Below, in pieces: positions 38,080-47,835 of a DNA stretch of 64,000 bases. The DNA is from a virus. Numbering within the stretch: position 1 is the stretch's first letter; each line of letters starts with the position of its first letter. Below the pieces are notes generated by a model. The model was not told the DNA's origin and ran no database searches. It saw nothing but the letters and a program-made list of their open reading frames with translations. Location: IMG/VR virus record IMGVR_UViG_3300028374_000796, one strand, 5' to 3'. Position numbers and translations under genes: made by a program.

Positions 38080-39293
38080 TATTCGCCTCCTTCGGCTTCT
38101 TGTTCTAGCATTTCAAGTTCTTCGGAAAATTCGTCATAATCCTCATTAATGAAATGTTCTAGAACATCATCGGGGATTCTTCGTTTAGATCTTTTGGAAA
38201 CAGAAGAAGTCTTTGAGTTTTCACCCTTAATTGGAATGCAAGCCTCATCAACGAACCTGCTTCTTGTAACTGGAAACTTTTCCGAAAGAGGATTGATTTG
38301 AGGTCTAAGAATTGTAACCTCATCTTCTCCCCTAGTAATGGCAACATAAGCCAGTCTTCTTTCCGAAGCTAATAGATCTTCATCCTGTGCGCTTCTATTA
38401 TGAGGAAATCCTCCTGCACCCGATTCATACATAGGAACAAAAACTTGTTTGGCTTCTAGACCTTTCCAACCGTGAACCGTATCCAAAGATACTGCGGGTT
38501 CGTTATAAGAAGGATCGCTAGGATTTGTGGATTTAGACAGGGCTTCTGATTTTTTAATAACTGTCTGTACATAGTTAAAAGCTTCATCAACACTATCAAA
38601 ATGTTCAAGAACACTTCGGAAAGGATCTAAGGGTTGTAGAGCGTAATCCCTGATTATAGAATCGCTGGCAACATCTGCATCTAAATTCTCATCAAGGATG
38701 GTCTCGATAGCTTGAGGATCATTTTTAACGGACTCGATCATGGACTCGACCATAGATCCGAAAGGACCTTCATAGTTGAGTAAAATTTCCAGTGAGCCTT
38801 CTGGTCCCAAATCTTCTGCTTGACCGTAAATACTTTCGAGAAATTTAGCATAGGCTTTTGCCCTGTCTCCCCATTTGCCGCCACTGTATACTTTTCTATA
38901 CCCCTTCTTCTCTACGAAGAACTCATAATAATTCATGCCGGTAGCAAGTTTATCCAATTTATCCCGCATGGTATAAGGGCTAAGACCAAAATCAGGACTC
39001 TTAACCCCTTGAATAACCGCCTCATTGATTTCTTCGTCTGTCCTTTCCTCCGGGCTCATAATTCCCAACAAAGGAATTAGACCTCTCATTACAGGACCCT
39101 TGAAAGGATGCTTTTTACTTCGGAAAGGAATTCCTTTTTCGATAAGTGCAGATGTGAAATACAAAAGTTCTCGGGTAGTTCTGCAGGCAACTCCAAAATC
39201 ATCATACGTCATTCCTAATTCTTCGTTATCAATCTGGTCCTTAATAACTGTAGCTGTATATTCAGAACAATCTTGCATGGTAGGCAATACCAT
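38079..39293 (-). CDS. UvrD/SF1 helicase C-terminal half only
   Basis: GVACRT, GIPF, TVHGWKGLE (motif V), ERRLAYVAITRG (motif VI); no Walker A or B. Confidence 0.8.
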   Translation of the reverse strand: MVLPTMQDCSEYTATVIKDQIDNEELGMTYDDFGVACRTTRELLYFTSALIEKGIPFRSKKHPFKGPVMRGLIPLLGIMSPEERTDEEINEAVIQGVKSPDFGLSPYTMRDKLDKLATGMNYYEFFVEKKGYRKVYSGGKWGDRAKAYAKFLESIYGQAEDLGPEGSLEILLNYEGPFGSMVESMIESVKNDPQAIETILDENLDADVASDSIIRDYALQPLDPFRSVLEHFDSVDEAFNYVQTVIKKSEALSKSTNPSDPSYNEPAVSLDTVHGWKGLEAKQVFVPMYESGAGGFPHNRSAQDEDLLASERRLAYVAITRGEDEVTILRPQINPLSEKFPVTRSRFVDEACIPIKGENSKTSSVSKRSKRRIPDDVLEHFINEDYDEFSEELEMLEQEAEGGE

Positions 39294-39322
39294 TTCAGAA
39301 ATTCTCCCTTCCCCTTTCTGAT

Positions 39323-40045
39323 CTACGTTGGCTTTACACGTCTTCGAGACTCTAGGGTAACAGCGTCTTTAGAGGTAGGATCGAGAGAAGACAAACGGTT
39401 TTTGATCTTCTGTAGTTCCGTTGCCAGATCCTTTGCGTCTCCCGCCATCGAAGCTACCACTTCAACTTCGGAAATTCCTACATCAAATATAGAAGCTGCT
39501 TTTACGATCCACTGGTGTTCTTTTGCCAATCCAGGGGCAGGGGACATAGCAGCTAATTTATGCAGTCGAGCTAACGATCCCTCTTCTACCAGTGCTTTGT
39601 CTATTTGACGGATAGTAATAAGAGATCTGCCCGAAAAGATTTCTCTGACGGTAGACATATCTCGCATCAAACGAGGGAGAAGTGCCTCCATCAAATCTGT
39701 TAGTCTAATAATAAAGGTCGACACCTTTTTACCGCGAAGCAATTTACGATAAAGAGTCCGGAACCGCATTTTACCTGCATAGTCCCCAAAATACGCTTTG
39801 GTTGCTTCTGCTATTTGGGCACGTTCTCGTTTAGCAAAATTTACTCCCCGCTGAACATGTGATTTAACTTCACTCTCCCTTCCTTGAGGAACCTGTTCTT
39901 CCTCTATAAGACGAAAAACCGTTCCTAAGGCCAGAAAGAAAGCCAGAAATCCTGCGAACCTCTCAACGGAGATAACATCTTTGTTGGTGGTTGCTTTTTT
40001 GATAGCAGAAACTACCAGCTTCTTATGGTCGATGGAATCACTCAT
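39323..40045 (-). CDS. Hypothetical protein, possibly the N-terminal piece of the broken helicase gene
   Basis: 240-aa ORF whose end overlaps the upstream in-frame extension of the helicase ORF. Confidence 0.55.
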   Translation of the reverse strand: MSDSIDHKKLVVSAIKKATTNKDVISVERFAGFLAFFLALGTVFRLIEEEQVPQGRESEVKSHVQRGVNFAKRERAQIAEATKAYFGDYAGKMRFRTLYRKLLRGKKVSTFIIRLTDLMEALLPRLMRDMSTVREIFSGRSLITIRQIDKALVEEGSLARLHKLAAMSPAPGLAKEHQWIVKAASIFDVGISEVEVVASMAGDAKDLATELQKIKNRLSSLDPTSKDAVTLESRRRVKPT

Positions 40046-40150
40046 AATTATTATTACCCTCTATTTATATGTAGGCTTCTAATGCCCAATCCAGTTATTA
40101 CTTAGTGACCATAAAAAGATTCTTGAGATCTACCTATCTAAATTTTCTTC

Positions 40151-40180
40151 TTGACAAGTGATTTAGTGTGATTATATTAT
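40151..40180 (+). promoter_or_regulatory. Sigma70-like promoter
   Basis: TTGACA at 40151, TATTAT at 40175, driving the plus-strand gene at 40284. Confidence 0.65.
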
Positions 40181-40283
40181 AAATGTGGGCGAAACAGATC
40201 GTCCGCATCGAAAGTGTTGCTTTCCCATAAGGGGAAGGGCGCTTACATAACCAAGAAGTACCAACCTCACCGGGAGAATACCC

Positions 40284-40712
40284 ATGAGCGACGTATTTGA
40301 AACGATGAAAGAAGGCATTATCGGAATGATCAAGAAAGAAGTGGAGAAGCAGGTGGAAGCTCGCCTGTCCGCGTGGGAGCAGAAGATGGAACAGGCTTTT
40401 GCAACCACTACCACTACCACCACTTCACCTTCTGATGAGAAAACTTCGGAATCCCCTCTTCCCAATGTGAATGATCGTACCGAGAAAGTGAGTCCCGATG
40501 CTCAGAAGCTCTATCAGTACCTTCGCCAGTATCGGAAGGAACACAAGGATGAGGATCCGGATGCTACTCCTTCGTATAAAGTGATCCGTGAGAAAACGGA
40601 GCTGACCTCCAACAAGGTTAGCGATGCCTATAACGAGCTGGAGTCTCAGAACATCATTGCCCGTAAGCCGAAAGGTCGGGCCAAGATCGTGGAGTTCGCT
40701 CCCATGTCCTAA
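40284..40712 (+). CDS. Putative DNA-binding protein with a C-terminal winged helix
   Basis: PSYKVIREKTELTSNKVSDAYNELESQNII; poly-Thr linker. Confidence 0.65.
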   Translation: MSDVFETMKEGIIGMIKKEVEKQVEARLSAWEQKMEQAFATTTTTTTSPSDEKTSESPLPNVNDRTEKVSPDAQKLYQYLRQYRKEHKDEDPDATPSYKVIREKTELTSNKVSDAYNELESQNIIARKPKGRAKIVEFAPMS

Positions 40713-40727
40713 GAAGTTAGGAACCAA

Positions 40728-40772
40728 AAAGAAAACCCCGCAACCTTTAAGTAGGAAGCGGGGTTTTCTTTT
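40728..40772. terminator. Bidirectional intrinsic terminator
   Basis: AAAGAAAACCCCGC...GCGGGGTTTTCTTT between convergent genes. Confidence 0.85.
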
Positions 40773-40839
40773 GGAAAAAACAGGTGTTACCTTACGTTAT
40801 AATTACCAAGGTGATAAGGAATAGCATCCTTAGCTCTTA

Positions 40840-41280
40840 TTACGAATGATCTCGAAGGTTTAGTGAACTTTGGAGAACGCGGTTAGAGATTCTCTTATTT
40901 TTCTTGACGGCTTGTACCCACGAAAGGGCTATATAACCTCTCAGGTTTGAACCATCCTCGAACTGTATATATGAGGTGCCAGGTTCGCCGTGACCACAGC
41001 AAGCATTCTGAATAGGTCCGGGGAGAGTCCCAAAACAAGCGTCATGACCTTCGGGAGTGTTGTGCTGCCCGCAGTGACCACAAGGTCTATCTTTCCATGT
41101 CTCGACCGTAGGCTCCCCCGTATCACAATAAACAAAGGTATCCTTGCCTATTTGCTGAATAGGATGCCCTCTTAAAAGAGATACCTCAGAGGATAGAGAA
41201 TCAAGAATAGGACGAAGATGATCCCTTAGTTCGGGATTCGTTAATCCCAAGCTAATAAGTTGTTCTTTTAATGTTGGCAT
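40840..41280 (-). CDS. Tagged Cys/His-rich hypothetical protein
   Basis: MPTLKEQLISLGLTNPELRDHLRPILD followed by CGHCG...GHDAC...NACCGHG. Confidence 0.7.
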   Translation of the reverse strand: MPTLKEQLISLGLTNPELRDHLRPILDSLSSEVSLLRGHPIQQIGKDTFVYCDTGEPTVETWKDRPCGHCGQHNTPEGHDACFGTLPGPIQNACCGHGEPGTSYIQFEDGSNLRGYIALSWVQAVKKNKRISNRVLQSSLNLRDHS

Positions 41281-41363
41281 AGGTATCAGATCCCTTAATG
41301 ATTTGAATAGTTATTATTATTTTTAGGAAAAACTTAGTAGTATCAGAATCCTATTACGAAGAT

Positions 41364-42833
41364 CTATGCTATCTTTGCAAGAGCATCTATCTGTTCCTTT
41401 ATCTCATTATGGTCTAATTTTCTAATTTCACTTCCCCAAAGAGTAAGACAGTCAAATCCTCTACTTTGGAAAAACTCTTCGCGCTCTTTCTGGTGGGCGT
41501 ACCCTTCCTGACCAGTAAATTTTTTAGAATGCCAATGATCCCCGAAAGCTTCGACTACCGCATAGGGATTTAGATCTTGAACTTCGGCACCTTCCCGGTA
41601 CCTTAATAAATCTGCTTCGTCAAGGACAACAAAATCAGGATTCTTTCCATCAATCCAGTAGGTAAACTCCCCTGTATAAAGAACATGATCTGAAGTAGCC
41701 TCGTCTATCTTTATCTCAATAGAAGTAGGTAATGCGATATTTTGACTTTGCGGCGGAAAAGGAACTCCGTAGTTCTCGATCCAAATAGTACGGATCTTCT
41801 CTTTTATTTTAGGAGACTTAGATACATTGTAATAGCCATATTTATCATCACAAGTCTTTCTTCTTTTCTCAATAAATTTGGGTAATTGCAAAGGGTGTTC
41901 TACACCAAATTTCTCTACGAACCCTTCTACTAACCTTTCCCAGGCTCCTTCTATCTTCATAGGACTATCAATGCCTTCTCCATGTGTCGACTCAAAATTT
42001 TGACGGAAAAGCTCATAAAATTCTTCGTTTTGCATATGATGGTCAGTACCCCATTTTTCCTGACACGCTTGAATAAATTTTTCTCGAAATTCTTCAGTTC
42101 TGAAAAAATATTTATCGCCATATCTTTTTTCGGTAGTTTTCAACGTCCTTTTTCTAATTTCAGGATCTTGTTGAGGATTCCGAACCCCATGGTTAGCAAG
42201 CATTCCTTTCTGCGCCCTCTCAGAGCCTTCCTTACCGCCTAGAGGGTTCTCATGACCGTACTTATCAAAGTTGGTCTTAGAACGCTTCTCACGGGCTTCT
42301 GGAGACCACGCGGTTTCGGTCACATCGAATTTATCTTTGATTTCTTCTGCTTGAAAAACATTGTCGACACCATACTTGTCTCTGACGGTAGCTACTCTTT
42401 TTTTCTGGATGCCAGAACAATTAGTAGGGGCATCAGGATAAAGAGAAAGGTATTGGTCCTTAGATAGACCATGTTCGCTTTTTACATGGTGGTTAATGAT
42501 CCTTTTCCGAACAGAAATTCCATTCTCTTCACAGATTCGACAATACACATAATCTATTCCTTCTTCTGCTTGGGGAGAATACCTACCAATTTTTAGGTAG
42601 GCATCAAAATTATAATCCTTTGAAGTTACTCTGATCTTGGCGTTCCATTCAGGACACCTAGAACAATGAGAACCAAAAGATTTTCTGGATTTGAATTGGG
42701 TCTTGTTACATGCGGGGCACTTTACTTCATCTAAGTCTTCATACGTTCGTAACATTGGGCATACTCCAAAAGGAAAACTGTTATTGATTATTCTACTATA
42801 GTAACGAATAGAAATCCACAGCAATTCCGACAC
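41364..42833 (-). CDS. Putative homing endonuclease with Zn-finger and (Y/F)GxxNP repeats
   Basis: CPAC/CRIC Zn motifs; about eight KYGVDNVFQ-like repeats; C-terminal PDF...EAFGDHWH...LWGSE nuclease-like domain. Confidence 0.65.
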   Translation of the reverse strand: MSELLWISIRYYSRIINNSFPFGVCPMLRTYEDLDEVKCPACNKTQFKSRKSFGSHCSRCPEWNAKIRVTSKDYNFDAYLKIGRYSPQAEEGIDYVYCRICEENGISVRKRIINHHVKSEHGLSKDQYLSLYPDAPTNCSGIQKKRVATVRDKYGVDNVFQAEEIKDKFDVTETAWSPEAREKRSKTNFDKYGHENPLGGKEGSERAQKGMLANHGVRNPQQDPEIRKRTLKTTEKRYGDKYFFRTEEFREKFIQACQEKWGTDHHMQNEEFYELFRQNFESTHGEGIDSPMKIEGAWERLVEGFVEKFGVEHPLQLPKFIEKRRKTCDDKYGYYNVSKSPKIKEKIRTIWIENYGVPFPPQSQNIALPTSIEIKIDEATSDHVLYTGEFTYWIDGKNPDFVVLDEADLLRYREGAEVQDLNPYAVVEAFGDHWHSKKFTGQEGYAHQKEREEFFQSRGFDCLTLWGSEIRKLDHNEIKEQIDALAKIA

Positions 42834-42919
42834 GGAGTGAAATAACTAGATTTGAAGCAAAATTTCAAAAACTGTCCGAAGAAAGGTTTTGTTTCGTAAA
42901 CAAAACCCCCGTAAGTGCT

Positions 42920-43804
42920 TTATAAACCTAGGTATTTTGCGGGTGTAAGCACTCCCGAACCCGTGGCGGGTCCCCAGGCCGACCTCACTCCTATACCGTA
43001 CCTACTCTGCTGTAGACCCCGTATGATTTTTACAGTTCGAGTCTTTGCTTCCAGCATTTTATCTAGCTGGCTCTCCGCATTGTTTTTAATGCCTTCATAT
43101 TTGGAACTCTTTTCAATACTGAGAGAAATACCTCCAATTGAGTAGTCGAATTCGTCAGCGATCCAATTCAAAGCCAAAGCCATTGTAGCGTGTGCGATTC
43201 CTGCCATTAATATCATCTGTCTCCATGCAGGTTTTGCTTTAACCATATAGTCGATAGAATTCCAATGCGTCTCAGGTGGCCAGAGGTTAATAAAGTCAAC
43301 TCCCCTTTCCATGTATTCGATTAATTCTTCGTCAGTCCAGATAAAAGAGAAAACTCGATTCTTCTCGCTCATCGTGCCTTCACTGGTAGGAGGCCTAAAA
43401 TGGTAATTTCTGTCAGGAGCGTTGTCTCTCAAAAGTATCCTCAATCTTCGGATCATATCCGCCTGTATGGGGGTCCACAGGGAACTCTGAAAGGTTTCTT
43501 CCTCAACGATGTGGAACTCTTCCATAACTGTGTTCTGAGGGGATGTGGTGCTCTGCTGGAAGGTCCATCGTATTCGGTACTTACCTAGATCAGCGTTCTC
43601 GGGGATCTGAAAAGAAGCATAGTACATTCCCAGTTCGGGATGAACTGGTTGCCGGACCGTAGTACCAACAGGGACTTCCCCAAAAGATGTTACCTGATAG
43701 ATAGCATAGGAAATCTCATAAGCGTCTGTAGGATTATCATTTCCATCTACTAGGGCAAGAGCCAGATCTTCTGACCCCATGATTTTGCCTCTGGGATATT
43801 GCAT
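42920..43804 (-). CDS. Putative head-tail connector/neck protein
   Basis: WTDEELIEYMERGVDFIN..., DYSIGGISLSIEKS; adaptor-like layout. Confidence 0.55.
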   Translation of the reverse strand: MQYPRGKIMGSEDLALALVDGNDNPTDAYEISYAIYQVTSFGEVPVGTTVRQPVHPELGMYYASFQIPENADLGKYRIRWTFQQSTTSPQNTVMEEFHIVEEETFQSSLWTPIQADMIRRLRILLRDNAPDRNYHFRPPTSEGTMSEKNRVFSFIWTDEELIEYMERGVDFINLWPPETHWNSIDYMVKAKPAWRQMILMAGIAHATMALALNWIADEFDYSIGGISLSIEKSSKYEGIKNNAESQLDKMLEAKTRTVKIIRGLQQSRYGIGVRSAWGPATGSGVLTPAKYLGL

Positions 43805-44456
43805 AATTAAAGATCTCTATAAAGGAAGTAGGAAGTATCTACCACCTACTCGAAAATATAAATAGAATTTAGGTTTCAGTCGAAATACCTTAACTCGCTA
43901 AGAAGGCTTCTAAGGCTTTTGTTTTAATATCAAGGTTGAAGACCCGTATCTCAATAAGAAGTAGGTTCCTGTCCTTTCTGAAAACTCTGAGAATATAATG
44001 TAGCCTTCATTTGGTTCTTGTAAGTGAGAAACATCCTTCCCTGAACAGTGAAGGTAATTAGGTTTATCGGCTTCCTTTTACAAAAAGCTCCTGATAAGAA
44101 GTAGGAACTGTTCTAGTATCATCATTTACATCCTACTAACGTGTTTATCTATACGAACTCCAAGCTAAGTAAGACTGCATGGATCTCTACTAAGAGAAGA
44201 CCGGTGATCCTTTAAGGATCGAATTCGTATAAAGGAAGTTCTGCATGGATCTAAGAAGAGAAGAGTTACTTTTCTTAGGAGACCGGTTCTTCTTATAGAT
44301 ATAACACTTAAGTATTACCTATAAGGGATCAATTATATATATCTTACTCTTAGATATGATCATTATAGTAAGAAGTCTTATAACTACTAATGCTAAAAAT
44401 AATATAGAAGCTATAGAAAAAAATACAGTAAAAACAGAAGTAGAAGTAGAACAAGC

Positions 44457-44629
44457 AGGATAAGTAGTATCAGAAGTACGTGTTATAGTAGGATAAGCAG
44501 GATAAGTAGTAGGATAAGTAGTAGGATAAGCAGGATAAGTAGTAGGATAAGTAGTAGGATAAGTAGTAGGATAAGTAGCAGGATAAGCAGGATAAGTAGC
44601 AGGATAAGTAGCAGGATAAGTAGGATAAG
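44457..44629 (+). repeat. Tandem AGGATAAG repeat array (14 copies, 9/12-bp spacing)
   Basis: Copies at 44457,44490,44499,44511,44523,44532,44544,44556,44568,44580,44589,44601,44613,44622, inside a ~1-kb ORF-free gap. Confidence 0.95.
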
Positions 44630-44799
44630 TAGTAGTATCAAAAAGAAAAGACCCACACTCTTATTAGGAGTATGAGCCTTTCTTAGTAAGGGAGGAAACT
44701 CTAAAGTTTAGGGATTATTATGAGCTTTGTCCATAAGATCTTGTAGCTTTTTACCATTGTCTAACATATTGTCGAGTCTTTTTTTGGTATCTCTCTAGG

Positions 44800-45321
44800 T
44801 TATAGTTTAGTTTTTTCCATAAAATGAAGAACTTGGTTAAGGGACTTCGCTGCGTCTTCTTGCTCCCTAGTCCAGAATCCCTTGTCATCTAGCATTTCAT
44901 TATATTCTTCCAGACGGGCTTGCAAGGGTTTCTTAGCTTCTTTGAAAGTTGACTTGATATGGTCTGCTATCTTCTCAACTCTTGCTAAACCCTTTTTAAA
45001 ACGGTTCTCTAGTTCCATAGCTTCTTGTTCAAGATCATGACTGATATGAACCATCTCTACAAAATGGTGTGTTGCCTCTTCGATAGTATTACCAAGAAGT
45101 CTTAGTTCCCGATCTTCCTCAGTTTCCGCAAATTTCTCAGCATGACTTCGCAAATTAGTGAATGCCTGTTGACTTCCGGTGTCCACATCTTTAAGCTTAT
45201 CAAGAACTTTATAGTTAATAATTTTCTCAGAAGAAATACGATCTAGTACGGGTCTTAGGTGGGGTCTAAGCTCAGGATTAGTAGATCCTAAACGAATAAG
45301 TTGATCTTTTAGGTTTTTCAT
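44800..45321 (-). CDS. Tagged coiled-coil hypothetical protein
   Basis: MKNLKDQLIRLGSTNPELRPHLRPVLD. Confidence 0.75.
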   Translation of the reverse strand: MKNLKDQLIRLGSTNPELRPHLRPVLDRISSEKIINYKVLDKLKDVDTGSQQAFTNLRSHAEKFAETEEDRELRLLGNTIEEATHHFVEMVHISHDLEQEAMELENRFKKGLARVEKIADHIKSTFKEAKKPLQARLEEYNEMLDDKGFWTREQEDAAKSLNQVLHFMEKTKL

Positions 45322-45348
45322 GAAGTAGATCTCTCTTAGTAAAAGGGG

Positions 45349-45771
45349 TTACTTGATTAATTTGGCAATGTTTTGAACGGGACCTAATCTCATAAGTCCT
45401 TTTACCAGGTCTTCTCGACGACCTAGTGGTTTAGCCCCTGGGCTAATATCCAATTCATCTTCCCAATAGATAAAAGTTTCTCTCCCAGGCTTCCATTCTT
45501 TGAGTCCACCTCTGAAAAGGGGGTCATTCAGAAGGAAATCTAGGATCTGATTGGCCACAGCTTCGGGAGTTCCTTGAACATCCATCCAACCTAACTCTTC
45601 AGCTAGATCCTGAATAGAGGAACCCTCAGACCAAACTTGCCACACCTTAATTGTATCTCTCTGGTCAACATAACCAGAAGTTTTAATGGAGGAAAGGATT
45701 GGTCTTAGATGTTCTCTCAGTTCTGGGTTCAGAGAACCCAATCGAATAAGTTGGTTTTTCAAATTTTTCAT
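45349..45771 (-). CDS. Tagged hypothetical protein
   Basis: MKNLKNQLIRLGSLNPELREHLRPILS; start moved to 45771. Confidence 0.75.
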   Translation of the reverse strand: MKNLKNQLIRLGSLNPELREHLRPILSSIKTSGYVDQRDTIKVWQVWSEGSSIQDLAEELGWMDVQGTPEAVANQILDFLLNDPLFRGGLKEWKPGRETFIYWEDELDISPGAKPLGRREDLVKGLMRLGPVQNIAKLIK

Positions 45772-45788
45772 GGTAAATCTCACTGTAG

Positions 45789-46022
45789 TTAAGCGAAGCA
45801 AAGGCTTTTCAATGCTCTTAATTCATCTGCATAGTCGAGAGCAGATACTTTGCCTTCTCGGGAGAAATAAGAGTTCTTTAGATCCCTTACATCATGGTTG
45901 TTCTCGAAAATGAAATAGGTCCTCCCACTCACTTTCGTAGTTCCCTCAAAAGCTAGACCGGCTGCTTTCAAGTAAGCTGCTAAATAAAGGTCGGTCGTTC
46001 GATAATCTTGTCTTACGCTCAT
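45789..46022 (-). CDS. Small hypothetical protein (DUF5659-like)
   Basis: YRTTDLYLAAYLKAAG...YFIFE. Confidence 0.6.
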   Translation of the reverse strand: MSVRQDYRTTDLYLAAYLKAAGLAFEGTTKVSGRTYFIFENNHDVRDLKNSYFSREGKVSALDYADELRALKSLCFA

Positions 46023-46050
46023 TCTAGGGTACTCCTTCTTTTCAAACTAT

Positions 46051-46500
46051 TTAGTAACGAAAATCTTCTAGCCATTCCAAAAAAGCCTCTGCGTACTGAG
46101 CAACAGGACCCGTGAGGGTGTCCTCAAAGATATAACGATCTAAAGAAGCTATGTCAGGGTCTGCGTAATTTATATCAGATTGTAATGGGGTATCTCCCAC
46201 AGCGTAATTTTCCAGTAGTTTCGCTAACGTTGGGGAGTTCAGATCCTTCTCGATAAATTCTTTGAGTTTGCTAAAACTGTCATAGGAGGCTATCCTATCT
46301 AAAATAGGTCTTAGGTGCTGTCTCAATTCAGGGTTATCAGATCCTAACCGGATAAGTTCTTTTTTCAAATTCGACATTTTTTCTCTCTCTGAAGGGTCAT
46401 CATCTCCCCTAGGAACTCGGGCGCACCAGGGAGGTTGGTCTTCAACAGGTCCTCGACATTCGTTATAGTCAGGCACCGATCTAAGAGGTTTGTTACTCAT
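46051..46500 (-). CDS. Tagged hypothetical protein
   Basis: MSNLKKELIRLGSDNPELRQHLRPILD from the ATG at 46377. Confidence 0.7.
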   Translation of the reverse strand: MSNKPLRSVPDYNECRGPVEDQPPWCARVPRGDDDPSEREKMSNLKKELIRLGSDNPELRQHLRPILDRIASYDSFSKLKEFIEKDLNSPTLAKLLENYAVGDTPLQSDINYADPDIASLDRYIFEDTLTGPVAQYAEAFLEWLEDFRY

Positions 46501-46624
46501 TTTTGAATTTTCTCCAAAAGATCTTTTTCACCACATAAGTGGGGGATTTTTTATGACAATTCTCACAAAGAGTTCGTCCCTTATTGATGTCCCATATATT
46601 TTCATCCAAGGTTTCATAGGTATT
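46493..46624 (-). pseudogene. HNH endonuclease C-terminal remnant
   Basis: Manual translation ENIWDINKGRTLCENCHKKSPTY parallels ELWDISNGRVLCVPCHKKTDTY of the HNH at 48842-49945; no ATG start. Confidence 0.7.
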
Positions 46625-46701
46625 CTAACTCAATATAAAAAGAAAACCCCGATTCCCCTAAAAGGAGAACCGGGGTTTACGTTGACAGTGACTCTTATAT
46701 C

Positions 46702-47124
46702 TTAAAGGCTATACAGCGCATCACCATCATCTGTGAAGACCTTAATCCAACCAAGCTCAAGAGCTTTAGCTAGAACTCCCCCATTGAAAGAGAGCTTGAA
46801 GTTTCCAGTCTCAATCAATTTAACGGAAAGGATGTCTTGAACTGCTTGCTGTTCTTCCACATCCATCGGCTCTGTGGTTGCATCATCGATAGTATCTAAC
46901 GAAATATCGTCTGCACCTATGGTAGCATCAACGACATCTTGAGCATCTTCCGTAGTTACACCAGCAGCATCAAGAGCTTTTTGAAGAGCCACCAAGTCTA
47001 CAGATCTGATATTTTGCTCTTGTCCAGGTGGGTTAATTGTATGTTCTCTGAGAGACTGAACTCGATCCAGGTCCCAGACTAAAAGAGAAACGAAAGGTGT
47101 GCCAACTACTGAAATTCTTGCCAT
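46702..47124 (-). CDS. Hypothetical protein, probably structural
   Basis: 140-aa ORF with RBS GGAGG. Confidence 0.6.
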   Translation of the reverse strand: MARISVVGTPFVSLLVWDLDRVQSLREHTINPPGQEQNIRSVDLVALQKALDAAGVTTEDAQDVVDATIGADDISLDTIDDATTEPMDVEEQQAVQDILSVKLIETGNFKLSFNGGVLAKALELGWIKVFTDDGDALYSL

Positions 47125-47205
47125 AATAAATCCTCCGAAGGATATTGGTTTATGAAATAAGGGTTTAGCTTGCGCGCTATACTACTTCTAATATCAAAGG
47201 ATTAC

Positions 47206-47766
47206 TTAAGCGGTATGGTCAACTGCAACTGCATTAGATGCATTTCCATTAGCGGTAACTACTACTTCTTCTCCCGCATCATAAGCTATTCCAGTAGAAA
47301 CTGTAATTTGGGCACTATCTACAGTAATATCTCCCGCATCAATAACGGTTTCATCAATAGAAACACTGGTTACGTCAGGATCAAAGGATTCAAAATTGGT
47401 ACCTGTAATAGTAACGTCTCCTGCAGCAGTCTGAGTAACCGTAGCAATCGTAGGGGCATCTAAAACACCTGCGGGAATCTCAATAACGTCTACAAGTCCT
47501 TTTGCTGCAAGACCTGCAATATCACCGTGTGCTCGGGAGAGCATTACTTTGTCGCTTTCAACAAGATCAGTAAATCCGGGAACATCCGTGTCTGTTACAA
47601 CAGCAAGGACGCCGGTTCCTGATTTCGTAAAGCTTTTCTTGTTATAGGTAACGTAGCAGTTTTGCTTACGTTCTGTGTCTAAAAATTCACGATCGACACC
47701 TTCGTCGATATCCGTGATAAGGATTGCTCCTTTCTCTGCTTGCGTATGTACCAAACGAATCTTCAT
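47206..47766 (-). CDS. Putative virion protein with a C-terminal Ig/IPT-like domain
   Basis: PTIATV...VTITGTNF...VVVTANG. Confidence 0.6.
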   Translation of the reverse strand: MKIRLVHTQAEKGAILITDIDEGVDREFLDTERKQNCYVTYNKKSFTKSGTGVLAVVTDTDVPGFTDLVESDKVMLSRAHGDIAGLAAKGLVDVIEIPAGVLDAPTIATVTQTAAGDVTITGTNFESFDPDVTSVSIDETVIDAGDITVDSAQITVSTGIAYDAGEEVVVTANGNASNAVAVDHTA

Positions 47767-47835
47767 GATATGATCTCCTTAGGAAGATGGAAGTGTCACT
47801 GTCATCATTATGCGTGACATATTAAAAGAATAGTA

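Noticed and set aside
40060-40068. T4-like late promoter TATAAATA on the minus strand (also at ~19339 and ~54298)
   Set aside because: In each case it merges with an AGAGG ribosome-binding site or stop codons, so it is more simply explained by those.
44480-44660. Poly-Leu/Ile or TYPA-repeat peptide encoded by the tandem repeat
   Set aside because: The unit lengths are multiples of 3, but the open frames lack an ATG and a convincing RBS; the TYP frame has no start codon before the repeats.
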